Positions 1 to 11,072 are shown, counted from the first letter of the stretch. The stretch is DNA of 64,000 nt from an uncultured delta proteobacterium (GCA_963729715.1 CAVSPA010000004.1:416001-480000); one strand, 5' to 3'. Numbers and translations: made by a program. Notes: generated by a model not told the origin, from the letters alone.

Positions 1-1
1 A

Positions 2-148
2 AAAAGATATATGAAGCCGTCACCAGCTGCAGAGTCCAGTGCTGCGGAACATAGGAAGTGTCCCTTTTGTGCCGAACTTATTAAAAGGGAGGCTATCACC
101 TGCCGGTATTGCGGGAAGGATTTGCCCCCAGTCGCTGCAGCCGAATAA
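2..148 (+). CDS. 3' end of a zinc-ribbon domain protein (truncated by the window edge)
   Basis: Frame from base 2 reads [48 protein letters not shown] with CxxC...CxxC; not in the ORF track. Confidence 0.75.
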   Translation, partial: KRYMKPSPAAESSAAEHRKCPFCAELIKREAITCRYCGKDLPPVAAAE

Positions 149-259
149 TTTACTTTTTTCTCCATGTAACTGCAAAAATCTACCTCGCGGCACTGTCTAC
201 TTTTCTATCCCTTATTGGACGCATATCTGAATGTTTTTGTTTTTATGTCAATATTCTAT

Positions 260-400
260 GGTCAGAGTTAGCGGCCGTCTTTTTATATATCACGAAATAG
301 AAATTATTAATAATTCCCATTTATTAAACGTAACTCTGACCGAGCGATCAAAAAATCTGCGTCAGAGTTACGTTTTGGTCAGAGTTGGCTGTCAGAGTTG
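260..400. repeat. Five copies of GTCAGAGTT, including a 15-bp inverted repeat
   Basis: Copies at 261, 361, 378, 391 (+) and 332-340 (-); AAACGTAACTCTGAC (326-340) pairs with GTCAGAGTTACGTTT (361-375). Confidence 0.9.
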
Positions 401-981
401 CAAAGAGGTTTGGTCTAAATAATTTGCAATGGTTCATCTTTTCAATAAGTTATAAAAGACCGGTATCGCTGCGCGACGCGGCCGCGGCGGGTCCGCAATA
501 GCCATTTTTGGTCAAACCTCGGTTCTTGCGCGTCCCCGCCGAAACCCGCACCCATCCCAAATCTTCACGGCTTATCCCAGAACTTCCCGCACACTTCCTT
601 GGCCATACCTTCCTGCATCTAGTATCCGTTACTGAATCGCCAAGTGTGCGCAATACTGCGACATTAAGGAGTCATCTGATCAAAAGTATCGTCCGCAAGG
701 AAGCGGACTGCCATAAATTGAGGCTGAGCAAAGGCGGCACGGCAAGTCATTGGCATCCAAGATCAGCCTTCTCTCAAGCATTGTTTTATGACTATTGAAG
801 GGTAATGATGTTGCAAACTGGCGGGATAAAGAGAAAAAATACGGCACCACCCGGGAAACCAGCAATCACCGCGGCATAGCTTCTGTGAAAATCCTATTTG
901 GTTATGTACGAATATGCATGTCTGCAAAAACGTTTTCCAACCGAGACGGGCCTCATATGTATCATGCCCGATCCTTCAGCC

Positions 982-1635
982 TTATTTTTTTGCTGCCTTC
1001 TTAACCACGACTTCCGAATTGCGAAACATAACTTCTGTTTCCCCTTCGGTTAAACCTGCGCCCAGTGCGATTTTTTGCGCCAGATCCTTATGGACAAGAT
1101 CTTGGGGGGCGTGGCTATCGCTATTTAAGATGAGAGGGGTTTTTGCTTGACGCGCCATCTGTACAACATGACCATTTGTCAAACTATGTCCCTTCCTCGT
1201 TGTAATTTCGAGATATATTGAATTTCTTGCCGCCGCCATAGCTTCTTCCGCCGTAATCAGGCCGGGATGTGCAAGTATGTCAATAGGAGCCCTGAGGGCG
1301 GCCGCATTAGTGCCCTGCGCAACCGGTTCAACAATCGTTTCGCCATGAACCACAATGATCTTCGCTCCTGCATGTCTGGACTCTACCGCAAGATCGTAAA
1401 TATATTCCGGAGGAACATGGGTCAGCTCTATACCTGGAATCACCTGTATGGCAAGGGCATCGGTCAACTTCTGACAGACTTTCACAAGGCGGGAAATAAT
1501 AAAATCGAAATTGGAATGGTCGCCATGATCCGTTATGGCGAGGGCGCTGTATCCCGTCACCTTCGCCCTCCTCGCCAGTTCCGAGGGAATGAGCTCACCG
1601 TCACTAAAAATTGAATGCGTATGTAGGTCTATCAC
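982..1635 (-). CDS. PHP-domain phosphoesterase (histidinol-phosphatase-like)
   Basis: N-terminal DLHTHS, AITDH, LAHPG and NSDSH metal-binding motifs. Confidence 0.9.
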   Translation of the reverse strand: MIDLHTHSIFSDGELIPSELARRAKVTGYSALAITDHGDHSNFDFIISRLVKVCQKLTDALAIQVIPGIELTHVPPEYIYDLAVESRHAGAKIIVVHGETIVEPVAQGTNAAALRAPIDILAHPGLITAEEAMAAARNSIYLEITTRKGHSLTNGHVVQMARQAKTPLILNSDSHAPQDLVHKDLAQKIALGAGLTEGETEVMFRNSEVVVKKAAKK

Positions 1636-1923
1636 AGGGCATTACCTCACCGTTATGTTAAAAATAGCGTCCATTTCATTCGGTCGACAGTAATATAGTT
1701 AGCAAATTTATGAGATGCGGTCAACAGACGATATGGATAATCTGATAAGAATCAAGTGCCGCCGATTCCATCGGAAGGCGATTGAAACGCGAGGCTCGTG
1801 GCTGTTGCTTGCGCATGCGCTATGCACCCCGATGCAGCATGGTCAATCTTTTTCTTGACAAACCTCTTTAACTCCATGTTACTGTCTGCTATTAAATAAG
1901 AACTTAATTCCCCACCTACGCTT

Positions 1924-3108
1924 ATGTTTAAAATTATCGATCGATACATCCTCAAGGAGATTGCCTATCCATTTTTCCTTATCCTCTTTGTTCTGACATT
2001 CGTTCTTCTTATGGGTAAAATTATTCAGCTCATGGACCTCATGGTCAATAAGGGTGTCAGTTTCGTCGATATTTCGAAACTTTTTCTATTGTTAACACCG
2101 TCGTTTCTGATATTGACCATTCCCATATCACTGCTGATCTCGATACTGATTGGATTGGGGAGGCTATCCGGTGACAACGAACTAACAATTCTAAAGGCAT
2201 CGGGAATGAGTTTATATAAACTCGTAGGCCCTGTTGCCGTTGCTTCACTAATAGCCTTCACCGTAACCGCCGTCACGAGTCTCTTCCTGGTTCCCCACAG
2301 CAAATACGCAACAAAAAATCTGCTCTTCAACGTCGCAAAGAAGAAGGCGAGCATAGGCATCAAGGAGAAGGTGTTCAACGACGATTTCAAAGGAATTCTC
2401 CTCTACGCGGAAACTATTCCTGTTCACGGTGATTACATGGAAGGGGTCATCATCTCAGACACAAGAACCAGCAAGGAACCCAGCACTATTATAGCGAAGA
2501 GAGCTTATCTTGTATCAGACCCTGCACTGATGACAGTGACCCTGCGACTGCAAAACGGCAGTACGCACACGGTCGATAAAATGATGAAGAACTACAGAAA
2601 AATGGATTTCAGCTCGTATGATATAAATCTCGATATCGAATCGTCCATCGCCGATGCAAAAAAAGCGAACGCAAAGGACAGTACCGAAATGACGATCTGG
2701 GAACTGTCTCAGAAACTTAAGACTGCTGGTTTCGAAGACGCTGTTTCTCGGGAAATGGCCATCGAATTTTACAAAGCGATTACAACTCCTCTTTCATGCA
2801 TAGTCTTCGGCATCCTTGGAATTCCCTTGAGTATCAGGGCGCACAGGGCCGTAAGATCGAGAGGGTTTACCCTCGGCCTCGTCATAGTTTTTATTTATTA
2901 CATCATACGTCTGGGCGGCGAGGCCTTGGTGGAAACAGGGAGACTTTCACCACTCATAGGAACATGGTCTCCCAATGTTGTATTTTGTATCGTCGGCTGT
3001 TATCTCTTGATCAGGGCGGCAAATGACCGGCCACTTCGCATGGAGATCCCCATCGGGACCTATTTGAAGAACCTGATAGCCAAGTGCACAAAGAGAATTG
3101 ATTCATGA
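1924..3108 (+). CDS. lptF: LPS export ABC transporter permease LptF
   Basis: IIDRYILKE start, RLSGDNELTILKASGMS motif, YjgP/YjgQ topology, paired with lptG. Confidence 0.88.
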   Translation: MFKIIDRYILKEIAYPFFLILFVLTFVLLMGKIIQLMDLMVNKGVSFVDISKLFLLLTPSFLILTIPISLLISILIGLGRLSGDNELTILKASGMSLYKLVGPVAVASLIAFTVTAVTSLFLVPHSKYATKNLLFNVAKKKASIGIKEKVFNDDFKGILLYAETIPVHGDYMEGVIISDTRTSKEPSTIIAKRAYLVSDPALMTVTLRLQNGSTHTVDKMMKNYRKMDFSSYDINLDIESSIADAKKANAKDSTEMTIWELSQKLKTAGFEDAVSREMAIEFYKAITTPLSCIVFGILGIPLSIRAHRAVRSRGFTLGLVIVFIYYIIRLGGEALVETGRLSPLIGTWSPNVVFCIVGCYLLIRAANDRPLRMEIPIGTYLKNLIAKCTKRIDS

Positions 3109-4184
3109 CCATATTAGATCGATATGTGACAAAAGAGTTTATCCGGCTGTTTGTCCTCGTGCTGATGCTGTTCACATCGCTCTTCCTGATTGTTGAATTT
3201 TTTGAACGCATACGAATGTTCCTGAGTAATAATGCCTCTCTGCCCCAGATCCTTTCATATTTCTTTTTCATCATCCCCATGATGATCTCACAGACTATTC
3301 CCGCTACGGCGCTCCTCGCAGCTCTTTTGACTTTCAGCACCCTTGCAAAGAATTCCGAGGTGCTGGCCATGAAGGCAAACGGCATCAGTCTATATAGAAC
3401 CTCCCTGCCCGTGTTCATCGCATCCGTGCTCATCTGCATATTGGCCTTTCTTAATAGTGAACTCGTTACACCATACAGCAACCAAAAGGCCGACAACATT
3501 GTATACGTGGAAGTGCAAAAGCGAGAACCCTTGGGAACATTCAAGCAAAATCAACTTTGGTACAGAGGGCAAAGCGGCATATACAATTTCCGGCTTTTTG
3601 ATTCGAAGACAAATGTCATACAGGGAATTACCATAAATTATTTGGATAAGAACTTTACGCTGACAGCGCGTATCGACGCGGAAAAGGCGGAATGGAAAGA
3701 AGGCAAATGGGTATTTTACAACCTTTTGATAACGCGTTTTGGAGGAGAATTCCCCACACTCGAGTGGGCTTCCGCCAAAGTCATAGACCTCCCGGAGAAA
3801 CCAGCGGATTTCATCCTCGTCCAAAAAGAAGCGGAAAAGATGGGATTCGTTGAACTGAAAAACTACATCAAAAAACTTCAGGGTGAAGGATACGATGCAA
3901 CGCGATACCTGGTCGATATGCACGGCAAGATCGCATTTACTCTGGTTATCATAATTCTTATCACAATTGGTATTTCCTTTTCACTTATAAGGACCGAGCG
4001 AAGCGGCGGCGTCATGCAGAGCATCGGCGTCGGCATTATCATAGGATTCTCCTATTGGATTGTTCATGCCTTCTCCATGTCCCTCGGCCGCTCCGGTTCA
4101 ATACCCCCGATTCTCTCCGCATGGCTCGCAAATATTATTTTCGGAGTCGCATCGGTTATCATGTTCTTGCGCGTCAAGACCTGA
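3105..4184 (+). CDS. lptG: LPS export ABC transporter permease LptG
   Basis: ILDRYV start, NSEVLAMKANGISL motif, ATGA overlap with lptF. Confidence 0.88.
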   Translation: MTILDRYVTKEFIRLFVLVLMLFTSLFLIVEFFERIRMFLSNNASLPQILSYFFFIIPMMISQTIPATALLAALLTFSTLAKNSEVLAMKANGISLYRTSLPVFIASVLICILAFLNSELVTPYSNQKADNIVYVEVQKREPLGTFKQNQLWYRGQSGIYNFRLFDSKTNVIQGITINYLDKNFTLTARIDAEKAEWKEGKWVFYNLLITRFGGEFPTLEWASAKVIDLPEKPADFILVQKEAEKMGFVELKNYIKKLQGEGYDATRYLVDMHGKIAFTLVIIILITIGISFSLIRTERSGGVMQSIGVGIIIGFSYWIVHAFSMSLGRSGSIPPILSAWLANIIFGVASVIMFLRVKT

Positions 4185-4206
4185 CACAGGTCCCTGTTTC
4201 CCGCTC

Positions 4207-5631
4207 CTAATAACGGTAATAGTCCGGCTTGAAAGGTCCGGCTACAGGAATGCCAAGATAATCGGCCTGTTCCTTGGTTAATCTTGACAGTTTCGCGCCC
4301 AGCCTCCTTAAATGCAGCCTTGCTACCTCTTCATCTATCTTTTTTGGCAGGGTGTGAACACCAACTTCATATTTCCCGGATGCAAGCTCAATTTGCGCAA
4401 GGCACTGATTGGTAAAGCTGGTACTCATCACAAAGCTCGGATGACCCGTGGCACAGCCAAGATTTACCAGTCTTCCTTCCGCAAGGACGATAATCGAACG
4501 CCCGGACTTTAGAGTCCATTTATCGACCTGAGGCTTTATGTTTTCCCTTTCGCAGCCTTTGCTTTTTTCCAAATATTGCATATCTATCTCGCTGTCAAAG
4601 TGGCCTATATTACATATAATGGCCTCATTCTTCATCCTGTTCATATGCCTGCCGGTGATGACCTTGCAGCAGCCCGTGGCCGTGATAAAAATGTCGCCCT
4701 TCGAGACGACATCGTCGAGCCTCATCACATCATAGCCCTCCATAGCAGCCTGAAGAGCGCTGATCGGATCGATCTCGGCGATAACAACCCTGGCTCCAAA
4801 ACCCCTCATTGACTGCGCACATCCCTTGCCGACGTCGCCATATCCGCAGATGACAACCATCTTGCCGGCAACCATGATATCGGTTGCCCGCTTAATACCA
4901 TCGGCGAGCGATTCCCGGCAGCCGTACAGATTGTCAAATTTTGACTTGGTCACCGAATCATTGACATTGATGGCCGGAAAGAGAAGCTCTCCCGCTTGAG
5001 CCATCTGGTATAGTCTGTGAACACCCGTTGTCGTCTCTTCAGATACGCCGATAACACCTGAAGCGACCCCTTGCCAATGTTGCGGATTCCGCTGTAACGA
5101 GTGCCTCATGCGATCCACAATAATCTGCAATTCCCTATAGTCGTATTTTCGCTCAAGCAGCAGAGGATCCTTTTCATATTTGACGCCCTGATGAATATAA
5201 AGCGTTGCGTCGCCTCCGTCATCGACAATAAGATCCGGACCGGAACCGTCAGGCCATGTCAGCGCCTGTTCTGTGCACCACCAGTATTCTTCAAGCGTTT
5301 CACCTTTCCAGGCAAAAACGGCTGAGGTACCCGCCTTGGCTATTGCCGCGGCCGCATGATCCTGAGTCGAGAAAATATTGCACGATGCCCATCTGATATC
5401 CCCGCCAAGCTCTTTAAGCGTCTCTATAAGCATGGCTGTCTGAATTGTCATGTGCAGGCTGCCTGTTATCTTTAAGCCCTTAAGCGGTTTCTTGCGGCCA
5501 TATTTTGCCCTCACTGCCATAAGTCCGGGCATTTCGTTTTCGGCAAGTTCGATCTCCTTGCGTCCCCAGCCGGCAAGACCGATGTCCGATATTTTGTATG
5601 GTAAATTCTTGACAAGTTTCAGATATGTCAT
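4207..5631 (-). CDS. ahcY: Adenosylhomocysteinase
   Basis: [52 protein letters not shown]; start placed at ATG 5631 behind a GGAGG RBS. Confidence 0.97.
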   Translation of the reverse strand: MTYLKLVKNLPYKISDIGLAGWGRKEIELAENEMPGLMAVRAKYGRKKPLKGLKITGSLHMTIQTAMLIETLKELGGDIRWASCNIFSTQDHAAAAIAKAGTSAVFAWKGETLEEYWWCTEQALTWPDGSGPDLIVDDGGDATLYIHQGVKYEKDPLLLERKYDYRELQIIVDRMRHSLQRNPQHWQGVASGVIGVSEETTTGVHRLYQMAQAGELLFPAINVNDSVTKSKFDNLYGCRESLADGIKRATDIMVAGKMVVICGYGDVGKGCAQSMRGFGARVVIAEIDPISALQAAMEGYDVMRLDDVVSKGDIFITATGCCKVITGRHMNRMKNEAIICNIGHFDSEIDMQYLEKSKGCERENIKPQVDKWTLKSGRSIIVLAEGRLVNLGCATGHPSFVMSTSFTNQCLAQIELASGKYEVGVHTLPKKIDEEVARLHLRRLGAKLSRLTKEQADYLGIPVAGPFKPDYYRY

Positions 5632-5671
5632 AAGGTCCTCCAGTCCATATCTTAGGTTCAATGCCTTCACG

Positions 5672-6850
5672 CTATATTGACGCAGCATGCCTCAAGGCTT
5701 CGACCATGTCCGCCTTTTCCCAGGTATAATCGTCCAGGAAGAATGTCTTGGGAAGTTTTCGGTAAATGCTGCCGTCGAGAAGCCTAAATTTTTCAATCAT
5801 GCCTCTCGGTGACAAGTCGAAATATTCTTTGATCAGCATGTTGATTTTGGCGTCGGAAATAATTCCCGTACCAAAAGTATTTACGTAGACAGAAATCGGC
5901 CTGGCCATGCCGATGGCATATGCCACTTGTATGGCGCATTTTTTTGCGAGCCCCGCGGCGATAATGTTATTTGCAACATAGCGGGCACCGAGTACTGCCG
6001 AGCAATCCACCTTTTCCGGCGATTTATTGACGATGGAACCACCTCCGATCTGAGCGCCGGGATACCCGCCATAGAGCTGAACGACAAGCTTCCGTCCCGT
6101 CACTCCTGAATCTGCCGCACTGCACGAATTGATCGCCTGCCATTCGCCAGTCGGATTGAAAAGGAATTCCGTTTTGTCATCGACCCAGCCTTTGAGGCAT
6201 TCCATAGCAAGACGCTTCGCCTGAGGCTCCACACTGGCTTTCGCGTTATTCGGCACTTCACGGTAATCGATTGCATTAGACATGAGAACCGTTGCCACTC
6301 GTAGCGGAACGCCCTTGTCGTTATATTCCACCGTTATCTGTCCTTTGCCGTCCGGAGCAAATATCGGATTCCCGCAATTCTCAAACGTCCTCATCATCCT
6401 AGTGGAGAGTACATAGGGAAGCGGCAGCAGCTCAGGTGTCTCATCGCAGGCAAATCCATATATTATGCCTTGATCCCCCGCACCGATTTCCTTGTGTTTG
6501 CCCATATCTGCACGGGTGCCGATATTGATGTCCGGAGATTGCTCTATAATCGTATTTAGTATACCCATTGAATTTCCGTTGAGACCAAGACGATAATCGA
6601 CGTAGCCTATTCCAAGAACCGTATCGCGGACAATTTTCTCCACATCCACATAAACCCGCGTGGCAACTTCTCCCCCGACTATACAGAGGCCCTTGCCGAG
6701 GAATATCTCAATTCCGCAGTGTGGCATCGTATCCGCAGTAACCCCGATTTTATGTTCCTCATCGAGAATTGCAGCAATGATGTTCGCTGCTATCGAATCG
6801 CATACAATATCCGGATGTCCAACCTTAACACTTTCAGATGTTATCAGCAT
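5672..6850 (-). CDS. metK: S-adenosylmethionine synthetase (divergent)
   Basis: [36 protein letters not shown] motifs; adjacent to ahcY. Confidence 0.9.
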   Translation of the reverse strand: MLITSESVKVGHPDIVCDSIAANIIAAILDEEHKIGVTADTMPHCGIEIFLGKGLCIVGGEVATRVYVDVEKIVRDTVLGIGYVDYRLGLNGNSMGILNTIIEQSPDINIGTRADMGKHKEIGAGDQGIIYGFACDETPELLPLPYVLSTRMMRTFENCGNPIFAPDGKGQITVEYNDKGVPLRVATVLMSNAIDYREVPNNAKASVEPQAKRLAMECLKGWVDDKTEFLFNPTGEWQAINSCSAADSGVTGRKLVVQLYGGYPGAQIGGGSIVNKSPEKVDCSAVLGARYVANNIIAAGLAKKCAIQVAYAIGMARPISVYVNTFGTGIISDAKINMLIKEYFDLSPRGMIEKFRLLDGSIYRKLPKTFFLDDYTWEKADMVEALRHAASI

Positions 6851-6896
6851 GTGTTCTCACCCCTTATTCTAAAATTAATCATTGTTGTTATTGAAT

Positions 6897-7556
6897 CTAA
6901 TTCAATTCGTCTATCTTATCCTTCCCGCCGTACAATTTGTCCTTTCTCCTCGTGCGCTCAGTCGGAGTTACAATACCGACAGAAATTATATACGTTAAGG
7001 CTTCTTCGACTGACATGCCCACCTCAACCAATTCATCTTCCGGCACTATAATGAGATAGCCCGATGTGGGGTTGGGTGTTGTCGGCAGGAAGACACTGAT
7101 CAGGTTCTCCCCGGCCTTTCTCTTGATCTCCCAATTGGGTTTGCCTGTCACAAAGCCGATTGTGTATAAACCTTTCCTGGGAAACTCTGCCAGCACGACC
7201 CGCTTGAAACTGCTTCTCCTGTCCATAACCATGGTATCGGAGAATCGTTTGATAGCCTGATAAATATTCCTTACAAACGGTATCCTATAAAGAAGGTCTT
7301 CCCCGGATTGGACTATTTTATTGCCGACATAACTCGCGGTAATGAGGCCACAGATGAAAATTAAAACTACGGTCCCAATAACTCCAAGGCCGGGAATGTG
7401 GACGCCGAGCAGCGTGTCAGGATGATATCTTAAGGGGATAATCTTAAGAAGACTATCCATTATATCTATGAGAAAGAAAAGGATATAAAGCGTCAATCCT
7501 ACCGGGACAGTAACGGCAAGACCTGTCAAAAAAATCTGCTTCAGTTTCTTCTTCAA
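6897..7556 (-). CDS. DUF502 family membrane protein
   Basis: FLTGLAVTVP start, EFPRKG and VFLPTTPNPTSGYL motifs. Confidence 0.9.
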   Translation of the reverse strand: MKKKLKQIFLTGLAVTVPVGLTLYILFFLIDIMDSLLKIIPLRYHPDTLLGVHIPGLGVIGTVVLIFICGLITASYVGNKIVQSGEDLLYRIPFVRNIYQAIKRFSDTMVMDRRSSFKRVVLAEFPRKGLYTIGFVTGKPNWEIKRKAGENLISVFLPTTPNPTSGYLIIVPEDELVEVGMSVEEALTYIISVGIVTPTERTRRKDKLYGGKDKIDELN

Positions 7557-7718
7557 TGGTCGATGACCTTCATGCCATTTTCAAAGTCTATATATGTAAC
7601 AAAAAGCTAAGCTGTTTTCAACTGCTATTTAAAAAGGGGTTAGGTGCAACCACACCAAAACCCCTTCTTAGAATTCTGATCTCTGATTGTTGCTTCTTCA
7701 GTGCGGCTCTTGTAAACG

Positions 7719-8075
7719 CTACTTATCCTTCTTGACCCTGTTCTTATCGTCCAAGAAGATACATTTAGGACGCCACTTCTTTGGAGTAGGTTCATCAAGC
7801 ATAGCATAACTCGCAACAATAACAATGTCTCCCTTGGAAGCTTTCCATGCTGCAGCGCCGTTGAGACATATAACGCCGGAATCCTCTTCTCCCTCTATCA
7901 CGTAAGTGGAAAATCTCTCTCCGTTCGAGACATTGTATATGTCAACTCTCTCATAGGGCACTATATCCGCAGCATTCATCAGTCTCTTATCGATTGTGAT
8001 GCTGCCCTCATAGTGGAGATTGGCATCAGTCACTGTTGCCCTGTGCAATTTCGATTTGAGCATAAATCTTTGCAT
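7719..8075 (-). CDS. panD: Aspartate 1-decarboxylase
   Basis: [20 protein letters not shown] self-cleavage site, [14 protein letters not shown]. Confidence 0.97.
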   Translation of the reverse strand: MQRFMLKSKLHRATVTDANLHYEGSITIDKRLMNAADIVPYERVDIYNVSNGERFSTYVIEGEEDSGVICLNGAAAWKASKGDIVIVASYAMLDEPTPKKWRPKCIFLDDKNRVKKDK

Positions 8076-8127
8076 GTTGTGTCTTCCCACCTCCGAAAAA
8101 GCCAATCTTCAACATTCTAAGTAATCA

Positions 8128-8988
8128 TCATATGTCAAGGCGATTCCCGAATACGTAATTATCTATCAGTCTGGTCTTGTTTATTTTGACGGCAAGGGCC
8201 AAAACAGACTCTCCCTCAATAAGCTCAACATCCTTGAGGGTTGCTGTGTCGCATATTTTAGCATAATCGATATTTGCATGAGGATGACGTTCTATGGACT
8301 TCCTCACCTCAGCAAGGATGGCCGCGGCATCCCTTTCTCCCCTGTCATACATCTTTTCGGCTTTCTTCAGGGAACGGCTCAGACTCAGAGCCGCTTCCCT
8401 TTCATCTGTTTTCAAGTACACGTTTCGCGAGCTCATGGCGAGGCCATCAGGTTCCCTCACTATCGGCATGCCGATAATATCGAGGTCCATATTGAGGTCA
8501 AGAACCATTCTTTTGATGGCCACAAGCTGTTGGAAATCCTTCCTGCCGAAGATCGCATAGTGCGGTTTGACAATATTGAAAAGTTTTGTGCATACTGTTG
8601 TAACGCCGCGGAAATGCCCAGGCCGGGTCATTCCACATAGATTCTGCGTAACGTCCTCAACATTGACATAGGTCTGACAGTGCTCCGGGTACATCTCTTT
8701 ATTGCCCGGATAGAAGATCACGTCAACGCCCACGTCACCCGCCAAGGCTTTATCTCTCTCAAAATCTCTCGGATATTTTTCAAAATCTTCCATCGGACCG
8801 AACTGCGTGGGGTTCACGTAGATGCTGATAGCCAGGCAGTCCGCCCGCTTTTTTCCCTCTCTCATCAAACTCAAATGTCCGTCGTGAAAATAGCCCATTG
8901 TGGGAACGAAGGATATCTTCTGTCCGGAATTTCTCACGGATTCGGAGACTACCTGCATTTCTCTGATGGAACTGATAATCCTCATCAC
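8128..8988 (-). CDS. panC: Pantoate--beta-alanine ligase
   Basis: FVPTMGYFHDGH, VNPTQF, RPGHFRGV, DGLAMSSRN, RLIDN. Confidence 0.97.
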   Translation of the reverse strand: MMRIISSIREMQVVSESVRNSGQKISFVPTMGYFHDGHLSLMREGKKRADCLAISIYVNPTQFGPMEDFEKYPRDFERDKALAGDVGVDVIFYPGNKEMYPEHCQTYVNVEDVTQNLCGMTRPGHFRGVTTVCTKLFNIVKPHYAIFGRKDFQQLVAIKRMVLDLNMDLDIIGMPIVREPDGLAMSSRNVYLKTDEREAALSLSRSLKKAEKMYDRGERDAAAILAEVRKSIERHPHANIDYAKICDTATLKDVELIEGESVLALAVKINKTRLIDNYVFGNRLDI

Positions 8989-9002
8989 AATCCCTCATCC
9001 AT

Positions 9003-9110
9003 AAAAAAAGCCCCGACGTCAGAGACGCGAGGCTTAACATATGAACCGTGCAGTATGCCTTCGTTTTACCTCCCGTCTCAGTCCGCAAACGGATCCAAGC
9101 GGCGGAGTGT
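9003..9110 (-). promoter_or_regulatory. pan RNA motif-like leader with an intrinsic terminator
   Basis: Stem CCGCTTGGATCC-GTTTGC-GGACTGAGACGG followed by terminator AAGCCTCG...CGGGGCTTTTTTT, directly upstream of panC; resemblance to the pan motif is from memory. Confidence 0.75.
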
Positions 9111-9148
9111 CCGTAACAAAATAACGGCACCGTGTCAAGGTATTTTTA

Positions 9149-10045
9149 TCAAATGCCAATTTTTATTGAATGGAGGGCGTTAGATAATTTTCCGATTTCG
9201 TGAGCCGACAATGTCTCACCCCTTCTTGCGCCATCGATCCCCGAGTTCTTGAGCGCCTTTGCTATGTCCATATCCGAATATCCCAGTAGATGGAGGCTCT
9301 TGAGGTTATTCAACAGCGTTTTGCGCCTCTTGGCAAAAGCTGTCTTCGCAATCTTGAAGAAAAATTCATGGTCCGCCAGAGCCAATTGAGGCTGTTCTCG
9401 GACGACCATTTTCAGCACGGTGGACATCACCGTAGGCTTCGGATAGAAACAGCTACGGGGGATTGCCATTTCACGAGAGCACTGCATATACATCGAAATC
9501 AGTACCGTCGGCACACCGTAGGCTTTTGTCCCCGGTGTCGCTGTAAGCCTGTCTGCCAGTTCTTTTTGAAACATGAGAATCATGGCTGATATATGGTCCC
9601 GGTAAGCCAATAATCGGAATAATATCTGAGAAGAAATGTTATAGGGAATATTTCCGATGACCTTGATCTTCCGCGAAGGCCATTCGCCGACGGCTGAGGA
9701 AAAATCATATTCAAGGACATCTGTCTGGACAATGTCCACATTACGGTAAGGTGCCATCCTTTTTTTCAGGATACCGACCATTCTTGGATCTATATCAAGG
9801 CCAATCACCTTCCTTGCCCGTTTTGCTATCAACTCCGTCATGAGTCCCACGCCCGCACCTATCTCGACTACCATATCATCTTCCTGGATATTTGATATTC
9901 TGATGATCTTGTTTATGGCATTTCTATCCCTGAGGAAAGACTGGCCCAAGCGTTTGAGCGGCCGGATTCCATGATCTGTGAGGATTTCTGTTACCGTCGT
10001 CATAATTCCTTTTTTATCACTCCCAGAAGCGGCATTATGAATCAT
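9149..10045 (-). CDS. rsmA: 16S rRNA m6,2A dimethyltransferase (true start may be ATG 10003)
   Basis: KRLGQSFL, EIGAGVG, NIPYNIS, KRRKTL, RRGETLS. Confidence 0.95.
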   Translation of the reverse strand: MIHNAASGSDKKGIMTTVTEILTDHGIRPLKRLGQSFLRDRNAINKIIRISNIQEDDMVVEIGAGVGLMTELIAKRARKVIGLDIDPRMVGILKKRMAPYRNVDIVQTDVLEYDFSSAVGEWPSRKIKVIGNIPYNISSQILFRLLAYRDHISAMILMFQKELADRLTATPGTKAYGVPTVLISMYMQCSREMAIPRSCFYPKPTVMSTVLKMVVREQPQLALADHEFFFKIAKTAFAKRRKTLLNNLKSLHLLGYSDMDIAKALKNSGIDGARRGETLSAHEIGKLSNALHSIKIGI

Positions 10046-11072
10046 GCTTTGATAAAGATTCCAGAGGCCATTTGGAAACTGCGTTCAGACTAAAAGAATC
10101 CTTTATGCCCTTTGTCAACAGATGCCAGCCCACGACAGCGATCATAGCGGCATTATCCGTACAAAAGATAGGAGGAGGGATGTACACATCAACGCCCTTG
10201 AGCCTTGATTCCTCGGCAAATCTTTCTCTGAGTCGGCTGTTTGAGGCAACCCCGCCGCATACGACGATTTTTGATATAGAGTGAATCTCCGCGGCCTTAA
10301 AAGTTTTTTCCACAAGAACGTCAATGATAGCTTCCTGGTAGCTGGCGGCCACGTCCGGCAATTCATCCTCGCTGAAGGGACGTTTTCTCTTCTTTATGTG
10401 CACGAGGAGGGATGTTTTCAGGCCGCTGAAACTAAAATCCAGACTATTTCTCATGGCCCTGGGGAATTCAATCCTCTTCCGGTTTCCTTTTTTTGCCAGC
10501 TTATCGATGATGACGCCGCCCGGATAGCCGATATCCAATAGTTTGGCAGCTTTGTCAAACGCCTCGCCGGCAGCGTCGTCCCGCGTCTGACCCAGAACGG
10601 TAAAATCCTGAAAGTCTTTCATCAGGTATATGTTCGTATGTCCGCCTGATACCACTAGGGCTACAAGGGGAACCTCGGGGCGGTCGGGATTGAGAAAGAT
10701 GGATGCTACGTGACCCGCGAGGTGGTTCACTCCCACAAACGGTATCTTCAGGGCGAACGCAATAGCCTTGGCAGCCGACAAACCCACAAGCAGGGAACCA
10801 ACCAGGCCGGGTCCCCTGGTTACAGCTATTCCTTCGATATCATTTAACGTTACGGAGGCGTAATGGAGCGCTTCGCATATGACGGGTATGATCGTCTCCA
10901 TGTGTTTACGGGACGCGATCTCAGGCACGATACCGCCATATATCTTGTGCAGGTCTACCTGAGAAGCAATAACACTGGAACAAAGTAATTTCCCATCCTC
11001 GAGCACGGCGGCGGCGGTCTCGTCGCAGGATGTCTCTATTCCCAAAATATACATCATTTCCTCCCCAGGCAA
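10035..11072 (-). CDS. tsaD: tRNA N6-adenosine threonylcarbamoyltransferase
   Basis: ILGIETSCDET, GPGLVGSL, VSGGHT, DDAAGEAFDK, CTDNAAMI. Confidence 0.97.
   Translation of the reverse strand: MPGEEMMYILGIETSCDETAAAVLEDGKLLCSSVIASQVDLHKIYGGIVPEIASRKHMETIIPVICEALHYASVTLNDIEGIAVTRGPGLVGSLLVGLSAAKAIAFALKIPFVGVNHLAGHVASIFLNPDRPEVPLVALVVSGGHTNIYLMKDFQDFTVLGQTRDDAAGEAFDKAAKLLDIGYPGGVIIDKLAKKGNRKRIEFPRAMRNSLDFSFSGLKTSLLVHIKKRKRPFSEDELPDVAASYQEAIIDVLVEKTFKAAEIHSISKIVVCGGVASNSRLRERFAEESRLKGVDVYIPPPIFCTDNAAMIAVVGWHLLTKGIKDSFSLNAVSKWPLESLSKHDS

Noticed and set aside
450..1150. Several short ORFs between the left-end repeats and the PHP gene
   Set aside because: No motifs, mutually overlapping, and no convincing RBS.
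6851..7718. SAM or SAH riboswitch expected ahead of metK-ahcY
   Set aside because: No recognisable aptamer consensus in the short intergenic gaps.
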